DNA of 44,074 nucleotides from a virus: the UHGV virus genome UHGV-0043902; one strand, given 5' to 3'. The notes beneath the pieces are model-generated. The model saw nothing but the letters and a program-made list of their open reading frames with translations. It did not search any database and had not been told where the DNA came from. Position numbers and translations under genes: made by a program. This document shows positions 37,206 to 44,074 of the stretch, in pieces. Position 1 is the first letter of the stretch. Each line of letters opens with the position of its first letter.

Positions 37206-37628
37206 TCAATGCACTACGACAGAATCGCCGGGCGACCCACCACCGCTGAAATGTGCTTTCCGGTAAACGGCCTGGACTGCATCATCATGCGCATCAATTG
37301 CCGTACTCAACGCTTCCTGCGCCGCCAGTAATGCACGGCGTTCCAGGGTATCGAAGATGCAGAGTCGGTGACGCAGCTCGCGCGGAAGAATTGCCAGAAC
37401 CGCAGGGATCAGTGTCTGAATTTTTTCCCTTTGCGCTTTCGTTTCACCTTTTAACCAACGGTGATAGATGTTCTGCTGATTATTCCAGTCCTTGCCTGGT
37501 ACCAGGGGCAATTCGCCGCCCCCCTGGCGCAGATATTCTTCAGTAATTGCATTGGCTACCCATGCCTGCCCTTTTTCAGCGGCCAGGGCTAACAGCACTG
37601 ATTCGATGTGCTCATGCCTGATTTTCAT
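37206..37628 (-). CDS. ydaT: YdaT-like protein (Rac-type cII-position protein)
   Basis: 140 aa; MKIRHEHIESVLLALAAEKGQAWVANAITEEYLRQ... resembles Rac YdaT from memory; SD caggagttgattcATG. Confidence 0.6.
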   Translation of the reverse strand: MKIRHEHIESVLLALAAEKGQAWVANAITEEYLRQGGGELPLVPGKDWNNQQNIYHRWLKGETKAQREKIQTLIPAVLAILPRELRHRLCIFDTLERRALLAAQEALSTAIDAHDDAVQAVYRKAHFSGGGSPGDSVVVH

Positions 37629-37887
37629 GAATCAACTCCTGTGCATTTTGTGTGTTAGCCTTACATCCAACAGGTAAACCATCGGTCGGATTCGGGTAGA
37701 TATCAGGCCGGAGTTCATGAGGTGTAACCTCGAAATTCGTTACTTCAGCAACACGTAATGCTTTTTCAGGGCTGAATCTTTCATAGCCCCCCAGTACTCG
37801 ACTTACATGCACCTGAGATAAACCCGTTAGCTTCCCAAACTGTAGCTGGGTGATATGTTTCTCTTTTAAATAGTCTCTTAAGTTCAT
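37612..37887 (-). CDS. ydaS: Cro-like HTH protein (YdaS family)
   Basis: ORF track 37612..37893 (TTG); ATG at 37887 with SD gaaggttggctATG; HTH ..QLQFGKLTGLSQVHVSRVL.. and ELRPDI motif. Confidence 0.6.
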   Translation of the reverse strand: MNLRDYLKEKHITQLQFGKLTGLSQVHVSRVLGGYERFSPEKALRVAEVTNFEVTPHELRPDIYPNPTDGLPVGCKANTQNAQELIHENQA

Positions 37888-37994
37888 AGCCAACCTTCTA
37901 CGTTATGTCTCGAGCAAATATTAGCTCCGCTAATTTTAAAGATCAATAGTCAGACTATCTTTGATAATATTGGTAAAACAAATAAACTCTATGT
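37888..37994. promoter_or_regulatory. Divergent immunity promoter/operator region (racR leaderless promoter and ydaS promoter)
   Basis: TTGATA-N16-TAAACT ends 7 nt before the racR ATG with no SD (leaderless, like lambda pRM-cI); palindrome aatattagc-tcc-gctaatttt; CTAATATTT-type motif also recurs near the early-left promoter. Confidence 0.45.
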
Positions 37995-38456
37995 ATGAAA
38001 AAAACACGCGAAGTGATTGCAACCCCAGAAGCGAGCAAGAATTTAAAAGCCGCATGGAATGCAAGAAAAAAAGAGCTGAAGCTGACTCAAGAGCTGGCGG
38101 CTGAGTTGTTGGGATTCGAATCTCAAGGCACCGTTAGCCAGTATCTGAACGGCAAGATACCGGTAAATACCGACGCTGCGCTAAAATTTGCGGCTCTGTT
38201 AAAGGTAAAACCAGAGGACATTCGAGAAGACCTTAAAGACTTAATGAATTACGTAAGATCATCAGATACTTATGATGATAGCTTTTCAGGCAAAGGATGG
38301 AGGCTGGTCAATGAAGAACAGGCAGAGTTACTTAACCTCTTCGAGATTCTACCTGCGTCAGAAAAAGCCAAACTCCTTAACCAGCTACGTGGACTAAACA
38401 AGCTCTACGAGGAAGCCTTCGAGAACATGCTGGCACTAAAGAAACGTAACCAGTAG
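37995..38456 (+). CDS. racR: Prophage repressor, RacR-like (XRE-family HTH)
   Basis: 153 aa; HTH ..LTQELAAELLGFESQGTVSQYLNGK..; divergent from the cro-like gene. Confidence 0.6.
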   Translation: MKKTREVIATPEASKNLKAAWNARKKELKLTQELAAELLGFESQGTVSQYLNGKIPVNTDAALKFAALLKVKPEDIREDLKDLMNYVRSSDTYDDSFSGKGWRLVNEEQAELLNLFEILPASEKAKLLNQLRGLNKLYEEAFENMLALKKRNQ

Positions 38457-38482
38457 CCACCGCTCACTACCCCATCCACAAC

Positions 38483-38512
38483 AAAAAAACCGACGTCTTA
38501 GTCGGTTTTTTT
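38483..38512. terminator. Bidirectional intrinsic terminator downstream of racR
   Basis: a7-ccgac-gtctta-gtcgg-t7. Confidence 0.7.
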
Positions 38513-38609
38513 GTGCCATAACTTCTGCAAATCAGCTGTATAACTAATATTTTTCCCTTGAAAAAACATTTACATAGTTACCAAATCAAAAATATTATGC
38601 GCCATGCTG

Positions 38610-38638
38610 TTGACTTAAAATATCCGTGTTACTAATAT
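38610..38638 (+). promoter_or_regulatory. Near-consensus sigma70 promoter (early-left, pL-analogue)
   Basis: TTGACT - 17 nt - TAATAT; upstream of the ydaG-like/kilR operon. Confidence 0.55.
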
Positions 38639-38706
38639 TTATATCAAGAACAGCACGGCGCTGTAGGGTTTTAGTTCCGCCACCCGGCGTTAAGGGGAGA
38701 GATAAG

Positions 38707-38841
38707 ATGGTGCATTACGAAGTAGTTCAGTATTTGATGGATTGTTGCGGTATCACTTACAACCAGGCTGTGCAGGCTTTACGCAGCAACGACTGGGATC
38801 TCTGGCAGGCAGAAGCCTCTATCCGCAACAACAAAATGTGA
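38707..38841 (+). CDS. Small protein, Rac YdaG-like (44 aa)
   Basis: SD ggggagagataagATG; MVHYEVVQYLMDCCGITYNQAVQALRSNDWDLWQAEASIRNNKM. Confidence 0.4.
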   Translation: MVHYEVVQYLMDCCGITYNQAVQALRSNDWDLWQAEASIRNNKM

Positions 38842-38851
38842 GGTGCGAAAA

Positions 38852-39004
38852 ATGCAAAAAATCGACCTCGGCAATAACGAATCCCTGGTGTGCGGCGTGT
38901 TCCCCAACCAGGATGGAACGTTCACCGCCATGACTTATACCAAAAGCAAGACATTCAAAACTGAAACGGGCGCACGTCGCTGGCTTGCCAGAAATACTTG
39001 CTAA
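38852..39004 (+). CDS. Small protein, Rac YdaF-like (50 aa)
   Basis: SD gaggtgcgaaaaATG; MQKIDLGNNESLVCGVFPNQDGTFTAMTYTKSKTFKTETGARRWLARNTC; not in the ORF track (under 60 aa). Confidence 0.4.
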   Translation: MQKIDLGNNESLVCGVFPNQDGTFTAMTYTKSKTFKTETGARRWLARNTC

Positions 39005-39201
39005 TCCATTATTTGGATTAATTCAATATTCTCGCTGTAGGGGTATAGCAGAAACCACCAAAGCCCGGAGGTGGTGAAATAAAACCGGGCGCAACACGAA
39101 GGCGCATTTCCGATATCCATAAAGAGTCGGTTTTGTCTGTTAAATTTAAATGGTGGGAGTGCGCCTCCGGTTGTAAATAACGACATTGCTGTGTGTATCC
39201 T

Positions 39202-39248
39202 GGCGGCATCAGTTTTTTCTTGAAGTTCGGCTGATGTCCGCCCTTTTT
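39202..39248 (+). terminator. Strong intrinsic terminator between the ydaF-like gene and kilR
   Basis: ggcggcatcag-(18 nt loop)-ctgatgtccgcc: 11-bp stem with one bulge, followed by CTTTTT. Confidence 0.65.
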
Positions 39249-39423
39249 AAAGTGAATTTTGTGATGCGGTGAATGCGGCTAAGCGCACGCGGCACAGTTA
39301 AAAGTCATGTTAGTCCTTATTGGTTTGGGTGGGAAAGCCGACTGTAATTGTTAACTGGTTGCAGTCACCTGGAGGCACCAGGCACCGCATCAACAAAGTT
39401 CATTTGTAAAAATGGAGATAATT

Positions 39424-39645
39424 ATGATTGCTCATCACTTCGGAACTGATGAAATACCACGTCAGTGTGTGACCCCTGGCGATTATGTTCTTCATGAAGG
39501 TCGGACATATATCGCCTCGGCAAACAATATTAAAAAGCGAAAACTTTATATTCGTAGCCTGACTACAAAAACATGCATTTCTGACTGCATGATTAGAGTC
39601 TTCATCGGTCGTGATGGTTTACCTGTAAAGGCGGAGTCATGGTAA
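39424..39645 (+). CDS. kilR: KilR-like cell-division inhibitor
   Basis: [46 protein letters not shown]... resembles Rac KilR from memory; SD ggagataattATG. Confidence 0.65.
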   Translation: MIAHHFGTDEIPRQCVTPGDYVLHEGRTYIASANNIKKRKLYIRSLTTKTCISDCMIRVFIGRDGLPVKAESW

Positions 39646-39815
39646 TGACTAAGAAAATAAAATGTGCTTATCACCTTTGCAATAAAGAAATTGAAGAAAG
39701 CAAAATCATTACAAGACCACTTCATTTCATGCGTGGAGTTATACCAACGACGGAAATGAAAAAATATTGTAGTGAAATCTGTGCCGAAAAAGACCAGATG
39801 GCACACGAACTTTAA
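39645..39815 (+). CDS. ydaE: YdaE-like small zinc-binding protein (56 aa)
   Basis: ATG overlaps the kilR stop (TAATG); [56 protein letters not shown] with four Cys. Confidence 0.5.
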   Translation: MTKKIKCAYHLCNKEIEESKIITRPLHFMRGVIPTTEMKKYCSEICAEKDQMAHEL

Positions 39816-39889
39816 TTAACTGACTATCCGAAACTGAATTTATGCCAGCAATGGCAGGGATTCGCTCAACCTTAATTAAGGAGAAAAAC

Positions 39890-40165
39890 ATGATTACCAG
39901 TTATGAAGCCACTGTTGTTACTACTGATGACATTGTTCACGAAGTTACCCTGGAAGGAAAGCGTATTGGCTACGTGATTAAGACAGAAAATAAAGAAACC
40001 CCATTCACTGTGGTTGATATCGACGGTCCATCAGGCAACGTTAAAACACTTAACGATGGTGTTAAAAAAATGTGTCTGGTGCACATAGGAAAGAATCTGC
40101 CCGCAGAAAAAAAAGCCGAATTTCTGGCAACTCTGATTGCAATGAAATTAAAAGGTGAAATCTGA
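39890..40165 (+). CDS. racC: RacC-like protein (91 aa)
   Basis: SD ttaaggagaaaaacATG; ORF track 39842..40165 with internal start. Confidence 0.45.
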   Translation: MITSYEATVVTTDDIVHEVTLEGKRIGYVIKTENKETPFTVVDIDGPSGNVKTLNDGVKKMCLVHIGKNLPAEKKAEFLATLIAMKLKGEI

Positions 40166-40263
40166 AAAAAGAAAGCCTGCACACTGTGCAGGCCTGAGTG
40201 AAGAACCTGGGACATTTATTCATCACTCGCAGTAATTTTAATCTGAGTTGAGGTTAAAAAACA

Positions 40264-42282
40264 ATGAGCACCGATAAACAAGTTTACCCACTGTATTACG
40301 AAGCAAAAAATGACAAAGTAAGAAAACGTCTCGGTATTAAAGGCGGTTTCTACTGGGCTGAAGCGAAAAAATTATCCATTGCCATCTCCCGTGGTGCTGT
40401 TGCGATTGACGATGCTGGCTACGATGAAGATGACTTTAAAAAACCTGTTCGCGTCAATTTGCCCGTTGTTGATGACCTTCCACCAGAAGGCGTATTTGAT
40501 ACGGAATTCTGCAACCGTTACGAAAAAGGCGGGGAAGATGGCATCACAATGGTATTTATCGCGCCCTCATCCTCTGCGCAGGACAAACCAGCCAGCACTG
40601 ACAATACCAATGTTAATGGCGAAGACATGACGGAGATTGAGGAGAATATGCTACTCCCGATTTCCGGTCAGGAGCTGCCCATTCGCTGGCTTGCTCAACA
40701 CGGCAGCGAAAAACCGGTGACGCACGTTTCACGCGACGAACTCCAGGCATTACACATTGCACGAGCTGAAGAACTACCAGCTGTTACTGCCCTGGCTGTT
40801 TCCCACAAAACCAGCCTGCTCGACCCGCTGGAAATTCGCGATCTCCACAAACTGGTGCGTGATACTGACAGAGTTTTCCCTAATCCAGGCAATTCAAGCC
40901 TGGGGCTGATGACTGCTTTTTTCGAAGCATACCTGGACGCAGACTACACCGATCGTGGTCTGCTGACAAAAGAGTGGATGAAAGGGAATCGTGTTTCACG
41001 CATCACGCGCACGGCTTCCGGCGCTAATGCTGGCGGCGGGAACCTCACCGATCGCGGCGAAGGTTTCGTTCACGATCTGACGTCACTGGCGCGCGACGTA
41101 GCCACTGGCGTACTGGCTCGTTCAATGGACGTGGACATTTATAACCTTCATCCGGCACACGCTAAACGTGTCGAGGAAATTATCGCTGAAAATAAACCGC
41201 CCTTTTCTGTTTTCCGCGACAAATTCATCACCATGCCTGGCGGGCTGGATTATTCCCGCGCCTTCGTGGTTGCGTCCGTAAAAGAAGCACCAATTGGGAT
41301 CGAGGTTATCCCCGCACACGTCACTGAATATCTAAACAAAGTACTGACTGAAACTGATCATGCCAACCCTGATCCAGAAATCGTGGATATTGCCTGCGGT
41401 CGTTCCTCTGCCCCGATGCCGCAGCGTGTAACAGAAGAAGAAAAACAGGATGATGAAGAAAAACTGCAACCATCTTGCGCAATGGCAGATGAACAGGCAA
41501 CGGCTGAAACAGTGGAACCGGATGCAACTGAACATCATCAGGACACGCAGTCGCTGGATGCTCAGTCACAGGTAAATTCTGTTGATGCGAAATATCAGAA
41601 ACTGCGGGCAGAACTCCATGAAGCCCGGAAAAACATTCCGCCCAAAAATCCTGTCGATGCAGACAAATTACTGGCTGCCTCTCGCGGAGAATTTGTTGAA
41701 GGGATTAGCGACCCGAATGATCCGAAATGGGTTAAGGGGATCCAGACCCGCGACTCTGTGTACCAGAATCAGCCAGAAACGGAACATAACGACCAAAAAG
41801 CGGAACAGAACGACCCAAATACGCAACAAAACGAGCCAGAAACGAAACAGCCTGAGCCAGTAGTGCACCAACAGGAAACGGAGAAAGTTTGCATCGCCTG
41901 CGGTCAGGCTGGCGGCGGCAACTGTCCTGACTGCGGCGCGGTGATGGGCGACGCAACGTATCAGAAAACCTTTAATGAAGAAAATCAGAATGAATATCAG
42001 GAAAAAGGTCTGGAGGAAATGGAAGGTGCTGAACATCCGCACAAGGAGAACGATGGCAGCGATCCGCATCGCGATTGCAGTGATGAAACTGGCGAAGCAG
42101 CAGCTTCATCATTAGAAAAACTCGACTGGAAAAGACAAGTGGTGATTGCAGCGGTTTACGGTTTATGTGCAAATCCTGCGGGTATAGCCTCAGCGCCATT
42201 AATTCCGGGTATTGCAATGATGATTGCAAACAAACTTGAAAATTTTGGGGTGACGGATGATGAGTACATGCCCAATTTTTGA
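40264..42282 (+). CDS. recE: RecE-like protein lacking the C-terminal exonuclease domain; ends in a novel hydrophobic tail
   Basis: 672 aa; long stretches resemble the dispensable N-terminal two-thirds of Rac RecE (from memory); terminates with ..[42 protein letters not shown]..; overlaps the gam start. Confidence 0.5.
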   Translation: MSTDKQVYPLYYEAKNDKVRKRLGIKGGFYWAEAKKLSIAISRGAVAIDDAGYDEDDFKKPVRVNLPVVDDLPPEGVFDTEFCNRYEKGGEDGITMVFIAPSSSAQDKPASTDNTNVNGEDMTEIEENMLLPISGQELPIRWLAQHGSEKPVTHVSRDELQALHIARAEELPAVTALAVSHKTSLLDPLEIRDLHKLVRDTDRVFPNPGNSSLGLMTAFFEAYLDADYTDRGLLTKEWMKGNRVSRITRTASGANAGGGNLTDRGEGFVHDLTSLARDVATGVLARSMDVDIYNLHPAHAKRVEEIIAENKPPFSVFRDKFITMPGGLDYSRAFVVASVKEAPIGIEVIPAHVTEYLNKVLTETDHANPDPEIVDIACGRSSAPMPQRVTEEEKQDDEEKLQPSCAMADEQATAETVEPDATEHHQDTQSLDAQSQVNSVDAKYQKLRAELHEARKNIPPKNPVDADKLLAASRGEFVEGISDPNDPKWVKGIQTRDSVYQNQPETEHNDQKAEQNDPNTQQNEPETKQPEPVVHQQETEKVCIACGQAGGGNCPDCGAVMGDATYQKTFNEENQNEYQEKGLEEMEGAEHPHKENDGSDPHRDCSDETGEAAASSLEKLDWKRQVVIAAVYGLCANPAGIASAPLIPGIAMMIANKLENFGVTDDEYMPNF

Positions 42283-42556
42283 TCGCATTGAAGAGCAGGC
42301 ATGGTCACGCCACTACCAGCAAATCGTTCGCGAAGAAAAAGAAACGGAGCTGGCGGACGACCTGGAAAAAGGTCTGCCCCAGCACCTGTTTGAATCGCTC
42401 TGCATCGACCATTTGCAACGCCACGGTGCCAGCAAACAGGCAATCAGTCGCGCATTTGATGACGATGTTGAATTTCAGGAACGTGTGGCGGAGCACATCC
42501 GGTACATGGTTGAAACCATTGCTCGTCACCAGGTTGATATTGATTCAGAGGTATAA
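42257..42556 (+). CDS. gam: Gam (RecBCD inhibitor), short GamS-like form
   Basis: 99 aa; ..[45 protein letters not shown]...[20 protein letters not shown] near-identical to the lambda Gam C-terminal 90 aa. Confidence 0.9.
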   Translation: MMSTCPIFDRIEEQAWSRHYQQIVREEKETELADDLEKGLPQHLFESLCIDHLQRHGASKQAISRAFDDDVEFQERVAEHIRYMVETIARHQVDIDSEV

Positions 42557-42561
42557 AACGA

Positions 42562-43347
42562 ATGAGTACAGCACTTGCAACACTGGCCGGGAAGCTGGCT
42601 GAACGCGTCGGCATGGATTCTGTCGACCCGCAGGAACTGATCGCCACTCTTCGCCAGACGGCATTTAAAGGTAATGCCAGCGATGCGCAATTCATCGCGC
42701 TGCTGATCGTCGCCAACCAGTACGGACTTAATCCGTGGACGAAAGAGATTTACGCCTTCCCTGATAAGCAGAACGGCATTGTTCCGGTGGTGGGCGTTGA
42801 TGGCTGGTCCCGCATCATAAATGAAAACCAGCAGTTTGATGGCATGGACTTTGAGCAGGACAATGAATCATGTACATGCCGGATTTACCGCAAGGACCGT
42901 AATCATCCGATCTGCGTTACCGAGTGGATGGATGAGTGCCGTCGCGAACCATTCAAAACCCGAGAAGGCAAAGAAATCATCGGACCATGGCAGTCGCATC
43001 CCAAACGGATGTTACGGCATAAAGCCATGATTCAGTGTGCCCGTCTGGCCTTCGGATTTGCTGGTATCTATGACAAGGATGAAGCCGAGCGCATTGTCGA
43101 AAATACCGCATGCACTGCAGAACATCAGCCGGAACGCGACATCACTCCGGTTAACGATGAAACCATGCAGGAGATTAACACTCTGCTGATCGCCCTGGAT
43201 AAAACATGGGATGACGACTTATTGCCGCTCTGTTCCCAGATATTTCGCCGCGACATTCATGCATTGTCAGAACTGAAACAGGCCGAAGCAGTGAAAGCTC
43301 TTGGATTCCTGAAACAGAAAGCCGCAGAGCAGAAGGTGGCAATATGA
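42562..43347 (+). CDS. bet: Bet (Red-beta single-strand annealing protein)
   Basis: 261 aa; [27 protein letters not shown]...[13 protein letters not shown] near-identical to lambda Bet. Confidence 0.95.
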   Translation: MSTALATLAGKLAERVGMDSVDPQELIATLRQTAFKGNASDAQFIALLIVANQYGLNPWTKEIYAFPDKQNGIVPVVGVDGWSRIINENQQFDGMDFEQDNESCTCRIYRKDRNHPICVTEWMDECRREPFKTREGKEIIGPWQSHPKRMLRHKAMIQCARLAFGFAGIYDKDEAERIVENTACTAEHQPERDITPVNDETMQEINTLLIALDKTWDDDLLPLCSQIFRRDIHALSELKQAEAVKALGFLKQKAAEQKVAI

Positions 43348-44024
43348 CACCGGACATTATCCTGCAGCGTACCGGGATCGACGTGAGAGCTATCGTACAG
43401 GGGGATGATGCGTGGCACAAATTACGGCTCGGCGTCATCACAGCTTCAGAAGTTCACAACGTGATAGCAAAACTCCGCTCCGGAAAGAAATGGCCTGACA
43501 TGAAAATGTCCTACTTCCACACCCTGCTTGCCGAGGTTTGCACCGGTGTGGCTCCGGAAGTTAACGCTAAGGCGCTGGCCTGGGGAAAACAGTACGAGAA
43601 CGACGCCAGAACCCTGTTTGAGTTCACTTCCGGCGTGAATGTTACTGAATCCCCGATCATCTATCGTGACGAGACTATGCGCACCGCCTGCTCTCCCGAT
43701 GGTTTATGCAATGACGGCAACGGCCTTGAGCTGAAATGCCCGTTCACCTCCCGGGATTTCATGAAGTTCCGGCTCGGTGGTTTCGAGGCCATAAAGTCGG
43801 CTTACATGGCCCAGGTGCAGTACAGCATGTGGGTGACGCAAAAAGATGCCTGGTACTTTGCCAACTATGACCCGCGTATGAAGCGTGAAGGCCTGCATTA
43901 TGTCGTGGTTGAGCGGGATGAAAAGTACATGGCGAGTTTTGACGAGATGGTGCCAGAATTCATCGAAAAAATGGACGAGGCACTGGCTGAAATTGGTTTT
44001 GCATTTGGGGAACAATGGAAATGA
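43344..44024 (+). CDS. exo: Exo (lambda exonuclease, Red-alpha)
   Basis: 226 aa; [16 protein letters not shown]...[13 protein letters not shown]...GEQWK near-identical to lambda Exo; ATGA overlap with bet. Confidence 0.95.
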   Translation: MTPDIILQRTGIDVRAIVQGDDAWHKLRLGVITASEVHNVIAKLRSGKKWPDMKMSYFHTLLAEVCTGVAPEVNAKALAWGKQYENDARTLFEFTSGVNVTESPIIYRDETMRTACSPDGLCNDGNGLELKCPFTSRDFMKFRLGGFEAIKSAYMAQVQYSMWVTQKDAWYFANYDPRMKREGLHYVVVERDEKYMASFDEMVPEFIEKMDEALAEIGFAFGEQWK

Positions 44025-44074
44025 GCGCAGCCATAAAGCTCACAGGAGAAAAACCAGTGCTATACACAAAAGTC

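Noticed and set aside
39001-39209. Minus-strand ORFs 61 and 63 aa between the ydaF-like gene and kilR
   Set aside because: Opposite to the operon direction, no SD, and overlapping the strong plus-strand terminator; probably remnants at the position where Rac carries sieB.

Overview
This 44 kb window is most of a mosaic lambdoid prophage of an Enterobacteriaceae (E. coli-like) host, lying in reverse orientation; integrase and att sites are outside the window. All protein identifications below come from reading motifs and gene order in the sequence and from remembered family knowledge, not from a database search. Coordinates follow the supplied ORF track, with starts adjusted where an ATG plus Shine-Dalgarno (SD) supports it.

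Layout, left to right:
- 1-14.8 kb, minus strand: tail fibres (a lambda Stf-like fibre with a collagen-like repeat array, Tfa chaperone, second fibre), baseplate, tape measure and contractile tail (sheath/tube, SfV/Mu/P2-like), interrupted at 5.4-7.6 kb by an island of opposite-strand and small genes.
- 14.8-24.7 kb, minus strand: head completion, major capsid, scaffold, portal, terminase large and small subunits.
- 24.7-27.1 kb: a ParB-domain protein coupled to a glycosyltransferase-like protein, the strongest candidate for an undescribed cargo module.
- 27.2-28.4 kb: lysis cassette (holin, M15 endolysin, small lipoprotein).
- 28.5-29.7 kb: structured non-coding region, tRNA-Gly(UCC) and tRNA-Thr(UGU), tR'-like terminator.
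- 29.7-34.9 kb: Q antiterminator and a nin-like region containing a hokD-type toxin gene cut by a 248-nt run of N.
- 34.9-36.5 kb: lambda O/P-like replication genes with iterons inside O.
- 36.5-38.5 kb: Rac-type immunity region (racR / ydaS / ydaT-like).
- 38.5-44.1 kb, plus strand: Rac-like early-left genes (kilR, ydaE, racC-like, a RecE homologue lacking its exonuclease domain) joined to lambda Red gam-bet-exo.

I cannot assign a function to the ParB/glycosyltransferase pair, the AT-rich secreted-protein gene, or the antisense ORF in the replication module; these are the places to look for something new.
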